DNA from: an uncultured Verrucomicrobiae bacterium | GTDB lineage: Bacteria; Verrucomicrobiota; Verrucomicrobiia; Chthoniobacterales; JAFAMB01 | Assembly (NCBI GenBank): GCA_963736745.1 | Contig: CAVTQD010000026.1 | Span: forward strand, 64,830 to 128,829 | Length of the DNA: 64,000 nucleotides | Direction: 5' to 3' | Shown: positions 1 through 10,638 of the stretch, one piece after another | Layout: each line of letters begins with the position of its first letter | Position numbering within the stretch: the first letter of the stretch is position 1 | Notes under the pieces: model-generated | What the model was told of the DNA's origin: nothing | The model's database searches: none | Seen by the model: only the letters and a program-made list of their open reading frames with translations | Translations under genes and position numbers: made by a program

Positions 1-272
1 TCACAATGTATTGCCGGCTCTTGTTCGGAACCTTGATAAATTTGAGAATGTTCGGATGATTGAGCAGCTCCCCGATCTCCTTCTCGCGCTGGAATCGGGA
101 AAAAGCCGCCGGATCCGATTCTAACTGCATGTAGGGAATCTTAATCGCCACCGGTTGTCCGGTCTGAAGATCTTTCGCCTTGTAGATGGAGGCCATCCCA
201 CTCCGGCTGATCACGCCCTCGATCTCAAACCGGGCATCTATGACGTCGCCGGGTTTAACTTCGTTTGCTCAT
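1..272 (-). CDS. Hanks-type Ser/Thr protein kinase, N-terminal part only (gene continues past window start); start region out of frame as given
   Basis: Reverse translation of 1-250 reads PGDVIDARFEIEGVISRSGMASIYKAKDLQTGQPVAIKIPYMQLESDPAAFSRFQREKEIGELLNHPNILKFI. This is the glycine-loop region plus the VAIK lysine motif. The only ATG (270-272, MSKRS) is one base out of frame at a TTTAAA run. Confidence 0.6.
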
Positions 273-1035
273 TACTGGTTGTCTGTCCCCACCCGTTTTC
301 TTCAGAATGGAGATTGGCTGGTCATGCTTCGGCTCGACGAGCCGGTCAACTTGGATCACTTGCACTGAAAGGTTATCATCGGTCTTCTGCCGCTCGGCAA
401 GCGCAACCAGGTAAGGACAGATTTCATCCATGTCCAGCCGATCGACACCTTCACAAGAGCTCTCTGTCATTCATGTAGCAATAAAGCCCGTCCGTGCACT
501 GAACGATCCGATCGCGTGACATGAGCTTGAGATGTTTATAATCGAAGTGAACAATCGGTTCGTTCCCGAAGGTTCGGGTCAGCATGGAACGAAGCCTGCT
601 CGCTTTTGCCTCATGCTCGCTGATCAGGCGCAACTTCACCTGCATCGCAGTGTAGGAATGATCATCGGTCAAACGGCGAATTTTTTCCTGCCGCACCAGA
701 TAGACGCGGGTGTCTCCGACATGCCCGATGAACAATTCCGGTCACGAAAAATGCAAACGGACAGAGTCGTCGCCATGCGCCCTCCGCTAGGGTCAGACAT
801 TCCCGCTTCGTAGATCTCCAGATTTGCCGATATCGAAGATCTGTTTCAGAATTTGTTTCGGCGTGTTCACAGGATTCATTCGCTGAAAAGTCGCAATGGC
901 GATTTCAACCGCCATTTTACTGGCGACATTCGCCATTTTCGTGACCGCCAACCCCGTCTGCGACGACCGCGATCGCTCCGCGTTGCAGCCTTTCAGCTTC
1001 CTCGTCCGGTTGCCAAAATCCAAGGCAATCTTCAT
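255..1035 (-). CDS. PP2C-family Ser/Thr phosphatase, reading frame interrupted about 3 times as given
   Basis: ORF pieces 793-1035, 451-735 and 255-470 read consecutively as PP2C: GGRMATTLSVCIFRDRN, FIGHVGDTRVYLVRQEKIRRLTDDHS, QCTDGLYCYM, DDNLSVQVIQV. Frame changes or stops lie near 795, 740 and 470. The gene lies directly upstream of the kinase gene. Confidence 0.65.
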
Positions 1036-1261
1036 TTTTTTTCCGCACCGGTCCGGCGGAAGATTTAGATTCGCAACTTAATCGCATCCAATAATTTAGG
1101 TCTCATTGTCGGTCCATAAAGCGGATGCGGCCACACCCATTGAAGTGTGACCGCGACGCAACTGAACCGTCAGCATTCCCGTACCGCAAATTATCCTGCT
1201 CCGCACAGCCTGGAGACTTATCTCTCACCAGTCGCTGAGGCTGGCCGGAACATTTCTCGCT

Positions 1262-1290
1262 TCGGAAGCCGGCCTAAGAACGGCTTCCGA
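1262..1290 (-). terminator. Possible terminator hairpin downstream of the permease gene (no clear U tract)
   Basis: Perfect 10-bp stem TCGGAAGCCG (1262-1271) / CGGCTTCCGA (1281-1290) with a 9-nt loop, about 50 nt past the stop of the minus-strand permease. Confidence 0.3.
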
Positions 1291-1340
1291 GGCGTGAGCG
1301 TTTACAGACAGCAACTCATGGATAAAGTTGGCAGCAGGAA

Positions 1341-3184
1341 TTACGCCGGATTTGGAGACTCAACCATGACGGATTTGGCTTTCTTCTTACTCGAGATGTA
1401 AAAGTGGACCACTCCGTAGATGGCCCAAACTGCGGCGATCCCAAGAGCAACGTAGGGTTCTTTCCAGCTCATGCCGGCCACTGAGAAGGGCCCGATGAGG
1501 TAGAAGAGCATACAGAGCAGATTCGCCAGAAGGCCGAACACCGGAATGACTACATGCTTGAATCCATGAAACGAATGGTGTTCCTGGAATGCAACAATCG
1601 CAATAATGCAGGTCATCATGTAGAGCAGGAACGTTCCGAAGTTACTTGCCAGCGTGATAATAAGCAGGCTCTGCGGAATGCTGGCCGCGGCATCATGCGG
1701 GAAAATACCGAAGCTGTACCAAATGTTATGCGGCAGATTTTTGATCGTATCGTCGCTCAACGCTGCGCCGCCGCAGAAGTAGAGGGCTACCCCGAAGATG
1801 CCGATAATTGCCGAAATGATGGCGAGCGTCCAAACCGCCACATGCGGAGTGAGGTTCTTGCCGTGGAGTTGTCCCCAAGTTCCCGGCAATTTCGTCGTCG
1901 CGGCCCATCGCGAAAGTGACACGCGCTCCGGTATTCATGCAGGCAAGAGTGGTCCCGATCAGCGCGAGAAACACCGTAATTGCCTGGATAAACATAAACC
2001 ACCAGCCGGCTTGCGGACTTCCAAAGACCCATGTCCCGACAATCTGCATCATGTCGCCGATGGGCGCCGGTGACGCGGAGGCCGTCGTCATCGGGTAACC
2101 GCTGTTGAGGAAAAAGTTCGCTCCAAAATATTCAAAGAGGTAGCAGAATGCTCCTTGAATGACGAGTGACAAGAGCACCGCGCGCGGAATGTCGCGTTTG
2201 GCGTTTTTCGCCTCTTCCCCCATCGACGTGACCGACTCGAAGCCGACGAGAATCAGGATGGCGACACATGCCTGAACGAGGACAAAATTGAACCCGTGCG
2301 GCGCGATGACAGAAGCAGCGCTGGTGTGAAACTGAAAGGTATCCGTCGGGTTCTTGGGATCCGGCCCCTTCGTGAGCCCTTGGTCGGGCGCGTACGTTAG
2401 GGTATAATCTTTGTCGCTGCCATCAGGGTTTTTTTCGAAGACATAGTTGCCGTCTTTGTCCTTGACCGGGCTGGTGACATCGTTCCCTTTGTCATCCTTG
2501 GCGGTCTGCATAGCGATCACCTTTGATACCGGAACGCCGTCCGGATTCAGAGTAATGCCTTTTGAACCCTCCCCGTGGTTGAGCCGATACCCGATGGCGA
2601 TCACGGTGAAAACAATCAGCGCCGTGATTTGGATAACATTGACGGCAAGATTTACCCCGGTAGAGGCGTTCACTCCTCTAATACGCGATGTATCCAATGA
2701 AGAACGGAAAGACGATGCAGAACAGAATCATCAAGAGCGGACTGGGTACCGCTGAATTGAAGATGGATGGGAACAGCTGCCCGGCTAGATATCCTACCAG
2801 GAGGGCGGTAACGGCAACCATTACACCAGGGTAGATCCAGTAGTAGAGATGGCTGGCCCAGCCGACCATGAATTTGGCGATTCGGGCAAATCGAAACACT
2901 TTCGATTTCGATAGGAAAGCCTGTTCGGCGAAGAAGTACGACGAACCGGCCCCTGGATAGAGTTTCGACAGTTCGGCATAAGAGATGGCCGTTGCCAAGC
3001 AGAGCAACAGCGCAACCAGGATGCCGAACCACATAGCGATTCCGGCCATCGGTTGGCCGTAGAGAGATTGTTGGGCAAAGGTCAGCCAGAGAAACGCTCC
3101 GGGCGCAATGAGCGCCATGGCGTTAACGGTTAACCCGGTTAGGCCAAGAGTCTTCTTGGCCGTAGGTTGATCATTTTCGGACAT
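1341..3184 (-). CDS. APC-superfamily amino acid permease, frame interrupted twice as given
   Basis: Pieces 2678-3184, 1726-2697 and 1341-1922 join into one multi-TM permease (MSENDQPTAKKTLGLTGLTVNAMALIAPGAFLW, YPGAGSSYFF, C-terminal TM bundle). It has a roughly 100-aa hydrophilic loop. Shifts lie near 2690 and 1900. Confidence 0.75.
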
Positions 3185-3612
3185 GCGGGTGGTAGTTTGG
3201 GTTTGGTTTAATTGACCCTAAAAAGGCCGTACCGCCACCAGCATGCGTCATGCCATACGCTACATATCATGTACGATTAAACATTACAATTGTGTAGCCA
3301 CGTCTAGTGCAGGCATCCTTGCCGGCTCCCGCCGGAATCAGGCGGGCCGGGACCTCTTTTCTTGGCATCTGGCAAAATTTAGCCAATCGGCGTCCGTATG
3401 TAGGAAATTTTATACAGTTATCCCGGGCGGTTACGTTTGACCACACCGTGTTCCCTTCCCGAAGCTCGCCTCGGGTCCATGCTTATCCCCAAGGAGAAGG
3501 TAATATTTTAAGACCCTGGGCGCAGAAATTGCTCTTATCCCTCGCCCTGGTGTTCGGACGGCCAATCCGAGCACTCCTTAACCTTGGCAGAAACGGAATC
3601 TTGCCAATCAAC

Positions 3613-4938
3613 ATGAAACACATATTCGAAATGAAACTCTTCACACGGCTTGCTTCTGCAGGCGTTATTGCAGCTTACGCTCTCTCTTCAGGCTTGTGCT
3701 ACGCGCAACAAGCCACCCCGGCTCCAAGTCCGGCGGTCGTCTGCTGACGGCAAGGAGAGCAAGGAAGCGAAGAAAGTCGTAGAGCAACCGAAACCACCGG
3801 AACCACGATTCAAACTCTACGGCTGGATCGAGGCAGGGATCACCGGCAATCCGGACTCGCCGATCGATAGCCACAACTTCGGTCATCTGTGGACCGACCG
3901 CGCCAATGAACCGCTCCTGAATCAAATATCAATTGTCGGCGAGCGGGCTCTGGACCCGAATGCCACTGGGTTCGACTGGGGATTTAAAGCTTGGTTCATG
4001 TATGGGAGTGACGCTCGATACTCGAAATCGGTGGGATTCCTGGATCTCGTCACCAACGACCGAGTCCAGCCTGATTTTCCTGAGCTTTACGCGAGCGTCC
4101 ACATTCCGATTCCCGCAACGTCGGGGCTCGATGTGAAAGCCGGAAAGTACCAGGACCCGATGTCGGCGGAAACTTTTGATCCGCGCAACAGTGTTTTCTA
4201 TTCCCATAGCTATATTTTCAATTTCGGGATCCCTGAGAATGATACGGGTCTTCTAGCCGTACTGCATGCGAATAAATACCTCGATATTTACGCCGGAGTG
4301 AACCGTGGAGTTAATATGACGTTTAGCTGATAATAACTCCTCGGTCGCATTCGAAGGTGGGTTCGGCCTGAATTTGCTGGATGGCAATTTAACGGTCGTT
4401 GCACTCACGCACGATGGTCCGGAAGATACCCTCAACAATGTGCGACTGGCGTTATCTGAACGACATCACGACAACCTGGAAGATTACCAAGAACTTCACT
4501 TCCATCACAGATTTGAACCTGATCTATGATACTTTAGGCAACGGCAAATGGGGCGGCGGTGGTGCGCAGTATTTTACCTATGCCCTGAACGATTGGCTGC
4601 AACTTGGTGTGCGCGGCGAAATTTTTCGCGATTCACAGGGATTTTATGTCGCCCAGTTTCGCGCAAATAACGATTTCATTCACTTTGTGCGCGGCGATAA
4701 CGTCTTCCGTCCCGAATTTCCCAGCGATCCCAGCAACCTGGGGGGAGGCGAAACTACCTACTTCGAAATTACCGGTGGTGTGACCATTAAGCCGCCGCTG
4801 CCGAAACCCGTGGCCGGTTTACTGATTCGCCCTGAGGTCCGCTATGACAGGGCATTAACGGACAGATTCAAGCCGTTCGATCAGAATACCAAGCGAGACC
4901 AGTGGACATTTGGATTGGACTTAGTCCTCGAGTTCTAG
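3613..4938 (+). CDS. Putative outer-membrane beta-barrel / porin-like protein, frame interrupted at least twice as given
   Basis: Signal peptide MKHIFEMKLFTRLASAGVIAAYALSSGLCYAQQ from ATG 3613. Alternating beta-strand-like sequence follows in 3650-4330 and 4399-4938. The protein ends in ...WTFGLDLVLEF, with the C-terminal Phe typical of OM barrels. Confidence 0.55.
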
Positions 4939-4975
4939 TCGATAGTCGCAATAAAGGTTCAATTTAGACCAAAAG

Positions 4976-5004
4976 GCGCCGGCGATCTGCCGGCGCTTTT
5001 TTTT
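4976..5004 (+). terminator. Rho-independent terminator after the porin-like gene
   Basis: GCGCCGGC (4976-4983), loop GATCT, GCCGGCGC (4989-4996), then T8 (4997-5004). Confidence 0.7.
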
Positions 5005-5073
5005 GCGGTGTGCGAACGAACGGCGGCGATATGACTCTGGAACCCTTGGATGGCACGTCAAGTGCTTCTAGTG

Positions 5074-5101
5074 GTATTACGAATCTTTAGAACCGTAATA
5101 C
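5074..5101. promoter_or_regulatory. Candidate operator: 28-bp dyad GTATTA-N16-TAATAC in front of the ABC/carboxylase operon
   Basis: GTATTACG (5074-5081) and CGTAATAC (5094-5101) form a perfect 8-bp inverted repeat. The dyad lies 20-48 bp upstream of the first possible start codons of the binding-protein gene. Its geometry matches the E. coli NikR operator GTATGA-N16-TCATAC, and a NikR-family gene lies in the same operon. Confidence 0.4.
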
Positions 5102-5148
5102 TCCATCTTGTCATCCGCCTATGAACCCGTTTCGATTTTCCATGCGCT

Positions 5149-6148
5149 TTGCTTTGCGATGCTGCGTTGCGTGCCGTCGCTTTCTCCGGTCTATTAACTG
5201 TCGCGCACGCCGAGTCTCTCAAGATCGCTTATAGCGATTGGCCCGGGTGGGTCGCCTGGGAAATTGCCATCCAGAAGAACTGGTTCAAGGAGGCGGGAGT
5301 CGATGTGCAGTTCATGTGGTACGATTACGCGCCCTCCATGGACGCTTATTCGACAGGGAAGGCCGACGCCGTGTGTATGACAAACGGTGATGCTCTGGTC
5401 ACCGGCTCGACCGGCAAACCTTCTGTTGGAATTCTGATCAATGATTTCTCCAGCGGCAACGACATGATTGTCGCCAAGCCCGGAATCGATTCTGTCAAAC
5501 AACTGGCCGGCAAGAAGATTGGAGTCGAGATCGGTCTGGTGGATCATTTGCTTTTGGAGCGGGCGCTCGGGATCAGCGGATTAAGCGATGGTGACGTGAC
5601 ACTCGTCAACACACCGACTAACGAAACGCCGCAGGTACTCGCTTCCGGGGCGGTCGACGCTATCGCAGCCTGGCAACCAAATTCCGGGCAGGCGCTGAAA
5701 ACGGTTCAGGGCTCCAAGCCAATATTTCACCTCTGCCGAGGCTCCGGGATTAATCTACGATTTGCTGTACGTCTCTAGAGAAAGCCTGGAAAAGAATCGC
5801 GCAGAGTGGGCAAAAGTCGTCGCGGTCTGGTATCGCATCGTCAAGTACATGGAGGACCCAGGTAACCTGGATGAGGCTCTGAAAATTCTCGCGGCTCGCG
5901 ACAATGTGAAACCCGAAGAGTACGAGCCGTTCTTAAAAGGCACTCATATCCTATCTCTGAAGGAAGCTCTGCACCACTGGAAGAAAGGAAATGATCTCGA
6001 TTCCCTGTTTGGGTCAACTAAGAATGTCGATGATTTCAACGTCAAAAACGGCGTCTACAAGCAGCATGTGGATTTTCAAGGTTATCTGGATTCAAGCCTG
6101 ACCGAGGAATACGCAAAATCGGCCGCCGCCAAGTCAGCGAGTAAATAG
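5149..6148 (+). CDS. ABC transporter periplasmic substrate-binding protein, NMT1/THI5-like (NitT/TauT family), of the type found next to urea carboxylase genes; one frameshift as given
   Basis: [44 protein letters not shown]...[16 protein letters not shown]. Pieces 5149-5778 and 5762-6148 join near 5750. The true start is uncertain, since ATG 5121/5142 are in another frame. Confidence 0.75.
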
Positions 6149-6234
6149 TGCATCGAGTTCGGCAATTGTGCTCGTGTCGAGGGGTGGCGCCTGCGTCTGC
6201 CCGTGAAGCAACTCGAGAAAGCGAGCAAACGGGA

Positions 6235-7587
6235 ATGAATCAACGGACGGCCAATCAGGAGCGCTGGTTTAAAATCCGGGAAGAACTCTCGGGGCGCCGC
6301 GCAGGTCTTTTGATGGCGCTCTCGTTTCTGCTGCCACTGGCCATCTGGTGTATCGCCAGTTATGTGCCTTTCATTTGGCATCCGGACATTCGGCTTGAAG
6401 TCTCAGCCGATCGCACTGACGTATCGACCGTTTACACAGCGGGAGATCACGTCAGCAAGGAGTTTTTCCCAACATTTCAGAATGCTGTACGAGAGGCGAA
6501 CAATAAAATTCTGGAGAATCGAAAAATTGGTCAGAGTTCGTCCGGATTGATGGTCCGGCGAGATAATCTGAAGAAGCTGCGTCAACTTGCTCCACTGGCG
6601 ATTTCAAATGGGTGGCTTCGGCAAAACCAGCGTGAAGATGACGCAGCAATTTTTGATATCTGGAAGAAGCTTGCGACAGGCGAATTGGTGGCGAAAGAGC
6701 CTGCGCTCAATCCCGAAAACCTGGATATCATTCGTCAGGATTGGGAGATGCTTTCCGCAGCAAGCCCGACTTTTGATGCACGAAAACTGCCTGACCAGGA
6801 GCTGCTCAGCCTGGTACCGCAAGGGAAGCCATCAAATCCCTCTTATCTACCCGCGCCCCACGACGTCCTGGAGACGGGATTGCACAATTTCACTAGTGGC
6901 GGCGAATTGGGTCAGTTATCGCTTTTCAGCCGCCTCCTGATCTCGATTCGCATCGTATTTACCGGGTTCCTCCTGTCGTGTCTGATTGGTGTCCCAATCG
7001 GGATTTTCTGCGGAACATACGCGGCTTGTTCAAAGATCTCGGAGCCGTTCATTGATTTTTTCCGTTATATGCCAGCGCCCGCGTTCAGCACCCTGCTGGT
7101 GGCAATTTTTGGCGCTCATGACGAACCGAAGGTCGCACTTGTCTTCATTGGAACATTCTTCCAAATGGTGCTGGTGATTTCAAAAACGACCCGACAGCTC
7201 GACCACGCCCTTTTGGAAGCCGCGCAAACTCTCGGCGCGAAGCCCCGCCAGCTTTTTACGCATGTCGTGATTCCGGGAATTTTGCCGGAGCTCTATAACG
7301 ACCTTAGAATTCTTCTGGGCTGGTCCTGGACTTGGATGGTGATCGCGGAATTGATTGGCGTTAAGACAGGCCTGACTGAGTTTATCGAAACACAAGGGCG
7401 CTGGCGCAACTTCGACGCCGTTTTCCCCGTCATCATTTTGATTGGATTGATCGGCTTTTTTACCGATCAATTTTTGGGCTGGTTCAGAGGAATTCTATTC
7501 CCCTACACGAAGAGGGCACGCTCTGACAGCGAAGCGGGCGCGCAAAATAGAGCAACCGCCGCCGGTGAGTCAATCGCCGACAGCTGA
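6235..7587 (+). CDS. ABC transporter permease (NitT/TauT family) with long N-terminal extension
   Basis: Core permease motif EAAQTLGAKPRQLFTHVVIPGILPELYNDLRILLGWSWTWMVIAELIG. About 250 aa precede the membrane core. ATG 6235 lies inside the 6148-7587 ORF. Confidence 0.8.
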   Translation: MNQRTANQERWFKIREELSGRRAGLLMALSFLLPLAIWCIASYVPFIWHPDIRLEVSADRTDVSTVYTAGDHVSKEFFPTFQNAVREANNKILENRKIGQSSSGLMVRRDNLKKLRQLAPLAISNGWLRQNQREDDAAIFDIWKKLATGELVAKEPALNPENLDIIRQDWEMLSAASPTFDARKLPDQELLSLVPQGKPSNPSYLPAPHDVLETGLHNFTSGGELGQLSLFSRLLISIRIVFTGFLLSCLIGVPIGIFCGTYAACSKISEPFIDFFRYMPAPAFSTLLVAIFGAHDEPKVALVFIGTFFQMVLVISKTTRQLDHALLEAAQTLGAKPRQLFTHVVIPGILPELYNDLRILLGWSWTWMVIAELIGVKTGLTEFIETQGRWRNFDAVFPVIILIGLIGFFTDQFLGWFRGILFPYTKRARSDSEAGAQNRATAAGESIADS

Positions 7588-7614
7588 ATCGCCCGTCAGA
7601 CAACTAACGACCAC

Positions 7615-8517
7615 ATGAGTCAAACAACAATTGATCTTCCAGACTATCGGACGCAATCTCCCCCTGTTGCTGCGCGATTTGAGCGCCTCAAGGCGCGCCC
7701 CGTCGCTCTGGAGGTCTGTGATCTGCATAAGTACTTTCCCTCTCCGCAGGGGGAGGTGGTCGCACTGCAAAACATCGATTTCACAGTTCATCGACGCGAA
7801 TTCATGTGTGTCATCGGGGCATCTGGTTGTGGAAAATCAACGCTGATCCGAATTCTGGCCGGGCTCGAAACACCAACTGCCGGTGAGGTTTTGCTCGATA
7901 AGAAGCGGGTCAGCGGCCCCGGTCCGGAGCGTGGGATGGTTTTTCAGGGCTACACCCTTTTCCCATGGCTATCGGTCAAACAAAACGTCATGTTCGGCCT
8001 TAAAATGACCGGGCATTCCTCGAACGAGGCTGAACCGGAGGCGCGCCAATGGATTGAGATGGTCGGGTTGGCAAAGTTTGAAAACTCCTTCCCGCACCAG
8101 CTATCGGGTGGAATGAAACAACGGGTCGCCATTGCGCGCGCACTCGCCAATCAGCCGAGGGTGCTGCTGATGGATGAGCCGTTCGGAGCCCTTGATGCGC
8201 AGACGAGATGCCAGATGCAGTCTTATCTCCTCCAGATTTGGCGGAACGTCGATGTAACGATTGTTTTCATTACGCACGACCTGGATGAAGCAATTTATCT
8301 CGCCGATCGGATCCTTGTACTTAAACCCCACCCCGGCCGGGTCGATGAGATGATTGAAGTTTCGGTGCCTCGACCGCGCTCGCCTGAACAGTTCATCTCG
8401 GCGGAGTTCCTGGCAACAAAGAAACGCCTCGAAGAGCTGATCCATCCGCCCGGTGAATCGGCTGGAGATAAGCTTCCGACATTGCGGCTAACCCGTGTTG
8501 ACGACGAAGTCGAGTAG
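7615..8517 (+). CDS. ABC transporter ATP-binding protein (NitT/TauT family)
   Basis: Walker [10 protein letters not shown], signature [15 protein letters not shown], Walker [13 protein letters not shown]-loop ITHD. Confidence 0.9.
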   Translation: MSQTTIDLPDYRTQSPPVAARFERLKARPVALEVCDLHKYFPSPQGEVVALQNIDFTVHRREFMCVIGASGCGKSTLIRILAGLETPTAGEVLLDKKRVSGPGPERGMVFQGYTLFPWLSVKQNVMFGLKMTGHSSNEAEPEARQWIEMVGLAKFENSFPHQLSGGMKQRVAIARALANQPRVLLMDEPFGALDAQTRCQMQSYLLQIWRNVDVTIVFITHDLDEAIYLADRILVLKPHPGRVDEMIEVSVPRPRSPEQFISAEFLATKKRLEELIHPPGESAGDKLPTLRLTRVDDEVE

Positions 8518-8596
8518 GCAGCTCCCCAGTCCCATTAACCCTAAAGTCAAAGATGAATCGTGGAACCTTGGGCGTCAGTTTCTGAATCCATTTCAG

Positions 8597-9106
8597 GTGA
8601 AATCGCGAACAAAACGTAATAACGGAAATTCCGACGGCAAAGTCCAGAGAATCAGTGTCTCGCTGCCTGAGTCCGTTTTCTGCGAATTAGATCAGCTCGT
8701 TGCGGAGCGAGGTTGGGAAAGCCGCTCGAAAGCAATCTCAGTCATGGTGACTCAATCCGCCCTTGAACACCGGGAAGACAAGGGAGACACGCTCATGTCG
8801 GGCACCATCACCATCGTGTACGACGAATCAAAGGGAAGTTTATTGCAGCGTTTGGCCGAACTCGAGCGTCGTTTTCTCGATGAGGTTATCAGCTCGCTTC
8901 ATGTTCAACTAGAGAACGATCATCGAATCGAGGTCTTGCTCGTCCAAGGACCCGCTCGGATTCTCCAGAACATCGCGGACCAACTGCTCGCCTTGAAAGG
9001 GGTGAAAACCGGTAAGCTTACTCTCACCAGCATGCTTATGCCGCCACTTCATCCTCTACCCTTTCCAAGGTCGCAAGTTAACTTAAAAACCGAAGAAAGC
9101 GGTTAA
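8597..9106 (+). CDS. NikR-family (ribbon-helix-helix plus ACT-like domain) transcriptional regulator with non-canonical metal site
   Basis: RISVSLPESVFCELDQLVAERGWESRSKAISVMV matches the NikR/CopG RHH. The C-domain ...TITIVYDESKGSLLQRLAELERRFLDEVISSLHVQLENDHRIEVLLVQGPARILQNIADQLLALKGVKTGKL aligns to the NikR tetramerisation domain. The maximal ORF is 8495-9106 and GTG 8597 is the likely start. Confidence 0.7.
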   Translation: MKSRTKRNNGNSDGKVQRISVSLPESVFCELDQLVAERGWESRSKAISVMVTQSALEHREDKGDTLMSGTITIVYDESKGSLLQRLAELERRFLDEVISSLHVQLENDHRIEVLLVQGPARILQNIADQLLALKGVKTGKLTLTSMLMPPLHPLPFPRSQVNLKTEESG

Positions 9107-9180
9107 ACACAGACTTCGCAGATTTCACAGAAGACCAAAGCCAGGTTGGCGACTAACCAGGGGATCTAATATCATGACAA

Positions 9181-9913
9181 ATGCACAAGCGATCCAAGAG
9201 GTTCACATTCTTTTCGAGGAAGATTATCCCTGGCGGGGCGATGTGGTCTTACGCTCTCAAACGGCATCATACCCTCAGGGTTACCGACATCGAAAGCGGC
9301 GCAAATGTCGGAGCAATGCTCTACAACCTGAATCATTCACTCGATCGCCTAAATCTACCTGATACTCTCAAAGCTCAGCACACAGCAAAGCTGACGACCG
9401 GGAATGTGCTCTTGAGCGACATGGGACACGTTCTTTGCTCCATTTCTGCGGACACCTGTGGATGGCACGATCCGCTTGCAGGCCACTCCACGGCCAGCGC
9501 TGGTCCGGGCGAAATACGGACCATCGAGCTACCAGGAAAAACGCAACGCCTTTCACCGAAACGCTCGCGACCAATTCCTTATCGAGCTTGGCAAATGGGG
9601 ACTGGGAAAGATGGACTTGGTAGCGAACATAAACTTTTTTAGCAAAGTCACAGTCGATGCCGAGGGAAGAATGGAATTCGTAAGCGGGAATTCCGCCGCC
9701 GGCAGCTACATCGATCTGCGTGCAGAAATGGACACCCTCCTCGTCCTCAATACTTGTCAGCACCCAATGGATCCTGATCCACAGTATCACCCAAAGCCTG
9801 TGCATATCGCGGTCTGGAAATCCGACCCGCCAGCCGCAAACGATATATGCCGAGCCGCCTGTCCGGAAAACGCACGAGGATTCGCCCTAACCGAAGCACT
9901 TTTTCGTTGGTAG
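9181..9913 (+). CDS. Urea-carboxylase-associated DUF1989 protein 1 (carboxyguanidine deiminase subunit family), one frameshift as given
   Basis: [57 protein letters not shown]...DTCGWHD, then (other frame) [32 protein letters not shown]...NINFFSKV...[20 protein letters not shown]. The shift lies near 9480. Confidence 0.75.
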
Positions 9914-9969
9914 TTTCAACAGCTTGGCTTCCTGGTCTGTCGAGCTTGAGCCCCACTGGAATCACAAAT

Positions 9970-10617
9970 ATGAGCACACTGATCTATACCGAGAGCCGGC
10001 TGCGCCCGGAAGATGCCGTGTACGACTGCACGGTACTGTCCGGCGAAGCATGGATGCATGGGATAGCCGCCGGTCAAACTTTTCGGATTGTCGATCTGGA
10101 AGGCAACCAGGCAGTCGACACCCTTTTCTATAATGCCCACGATCGAACGGATCGGTACAGCGCACAAGATACCATCCGGGAACAAGGCAGTATTTATCTG
10201 ACGACCGGAACCAGGCTCATGTCGTCCGAAGGCAATGTCTTGCTAACGATCATTGCGGACACCTGTGGGCGGCACGATACCCTGGGCGGAGCGTGCTCGG
10301 CCGAGAGCAATCAGGTCCGATATGCAATCGAAAAGAAACACATGCACAGTTGCCGGGACTCCTTCCTCCTTGCGGTGGCGAAGTCGACCCAGGGCTATAC
10401 CAAGCGAGATATCACTCACAATATCAATTTTTTCATGAATGTTCCGGTTACTCCGGAGGGCGGCCTAACGTTTGCGGACGGCGTTTCCGACAAAGGTCGC
10501 TATGTCGAAATGCTCGCGGAAATGGATGTTATCGCGCTGATTTCGAATTGCCCGCAATTGAATAACCCATGCAACGCATATAATCCGACACCAATACGAT
10601 TGTTAGTCTGGGATTGA
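9970..10617 (+). CDS. Urea-carboxylase-associated DUF1989 protein 2 (carboxyguanidine deiminase subunit family)
   Basis: A paralogue of the preceding gene: [45 protein letters not shown]...[13 protein letters not shown]...NINFFMNV...[26 protein letters not shown] 9970. Confidence 0.85.
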   Translation: MSTLIYTESRLRPEDAVYDCTVLSGEAWMHGIAAGQTFRIVDLEGNQAVDTLFYNAHDRTDRYSAQDTIREQGSIYLTTGTRLMSSEGNVLLTIIADTCGRHDTLGGACSAESNQVRYAIEKKHMHSCRDSFLLAVAKSTQGYTKRDITHNINFFMNVPVTPEGGLTFADGVSDKGRYVEMLAEMDVIALISNCPQLNNPCNAYNPTPIRLLVWD

Positions 10618-10638
10618 GCATCGGCAGGGTCGCGCTCC

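Noticed and set aside
793-1035. Inactive pseudo-phosphatase call for the PP2C gene because the DGMGG motif is not visible in the N-terminal piece
   Set aside because: The N-terminal region is already affected by frame changes, so absence of the motif may be an artefact of reading the wrong frame. There is not enough evidence either way.
4940-5148. Guanidine-I (ykkC) riboswitch in front of the carboxylase operon
   Set aside because: No match by eye to the conserved ykkC elements (GGGA/ACACGG-type cores and the two-hairpin layout). The leader is short and dominated by the 28-bp dyad. A covariance-model search would be needed for certainty.
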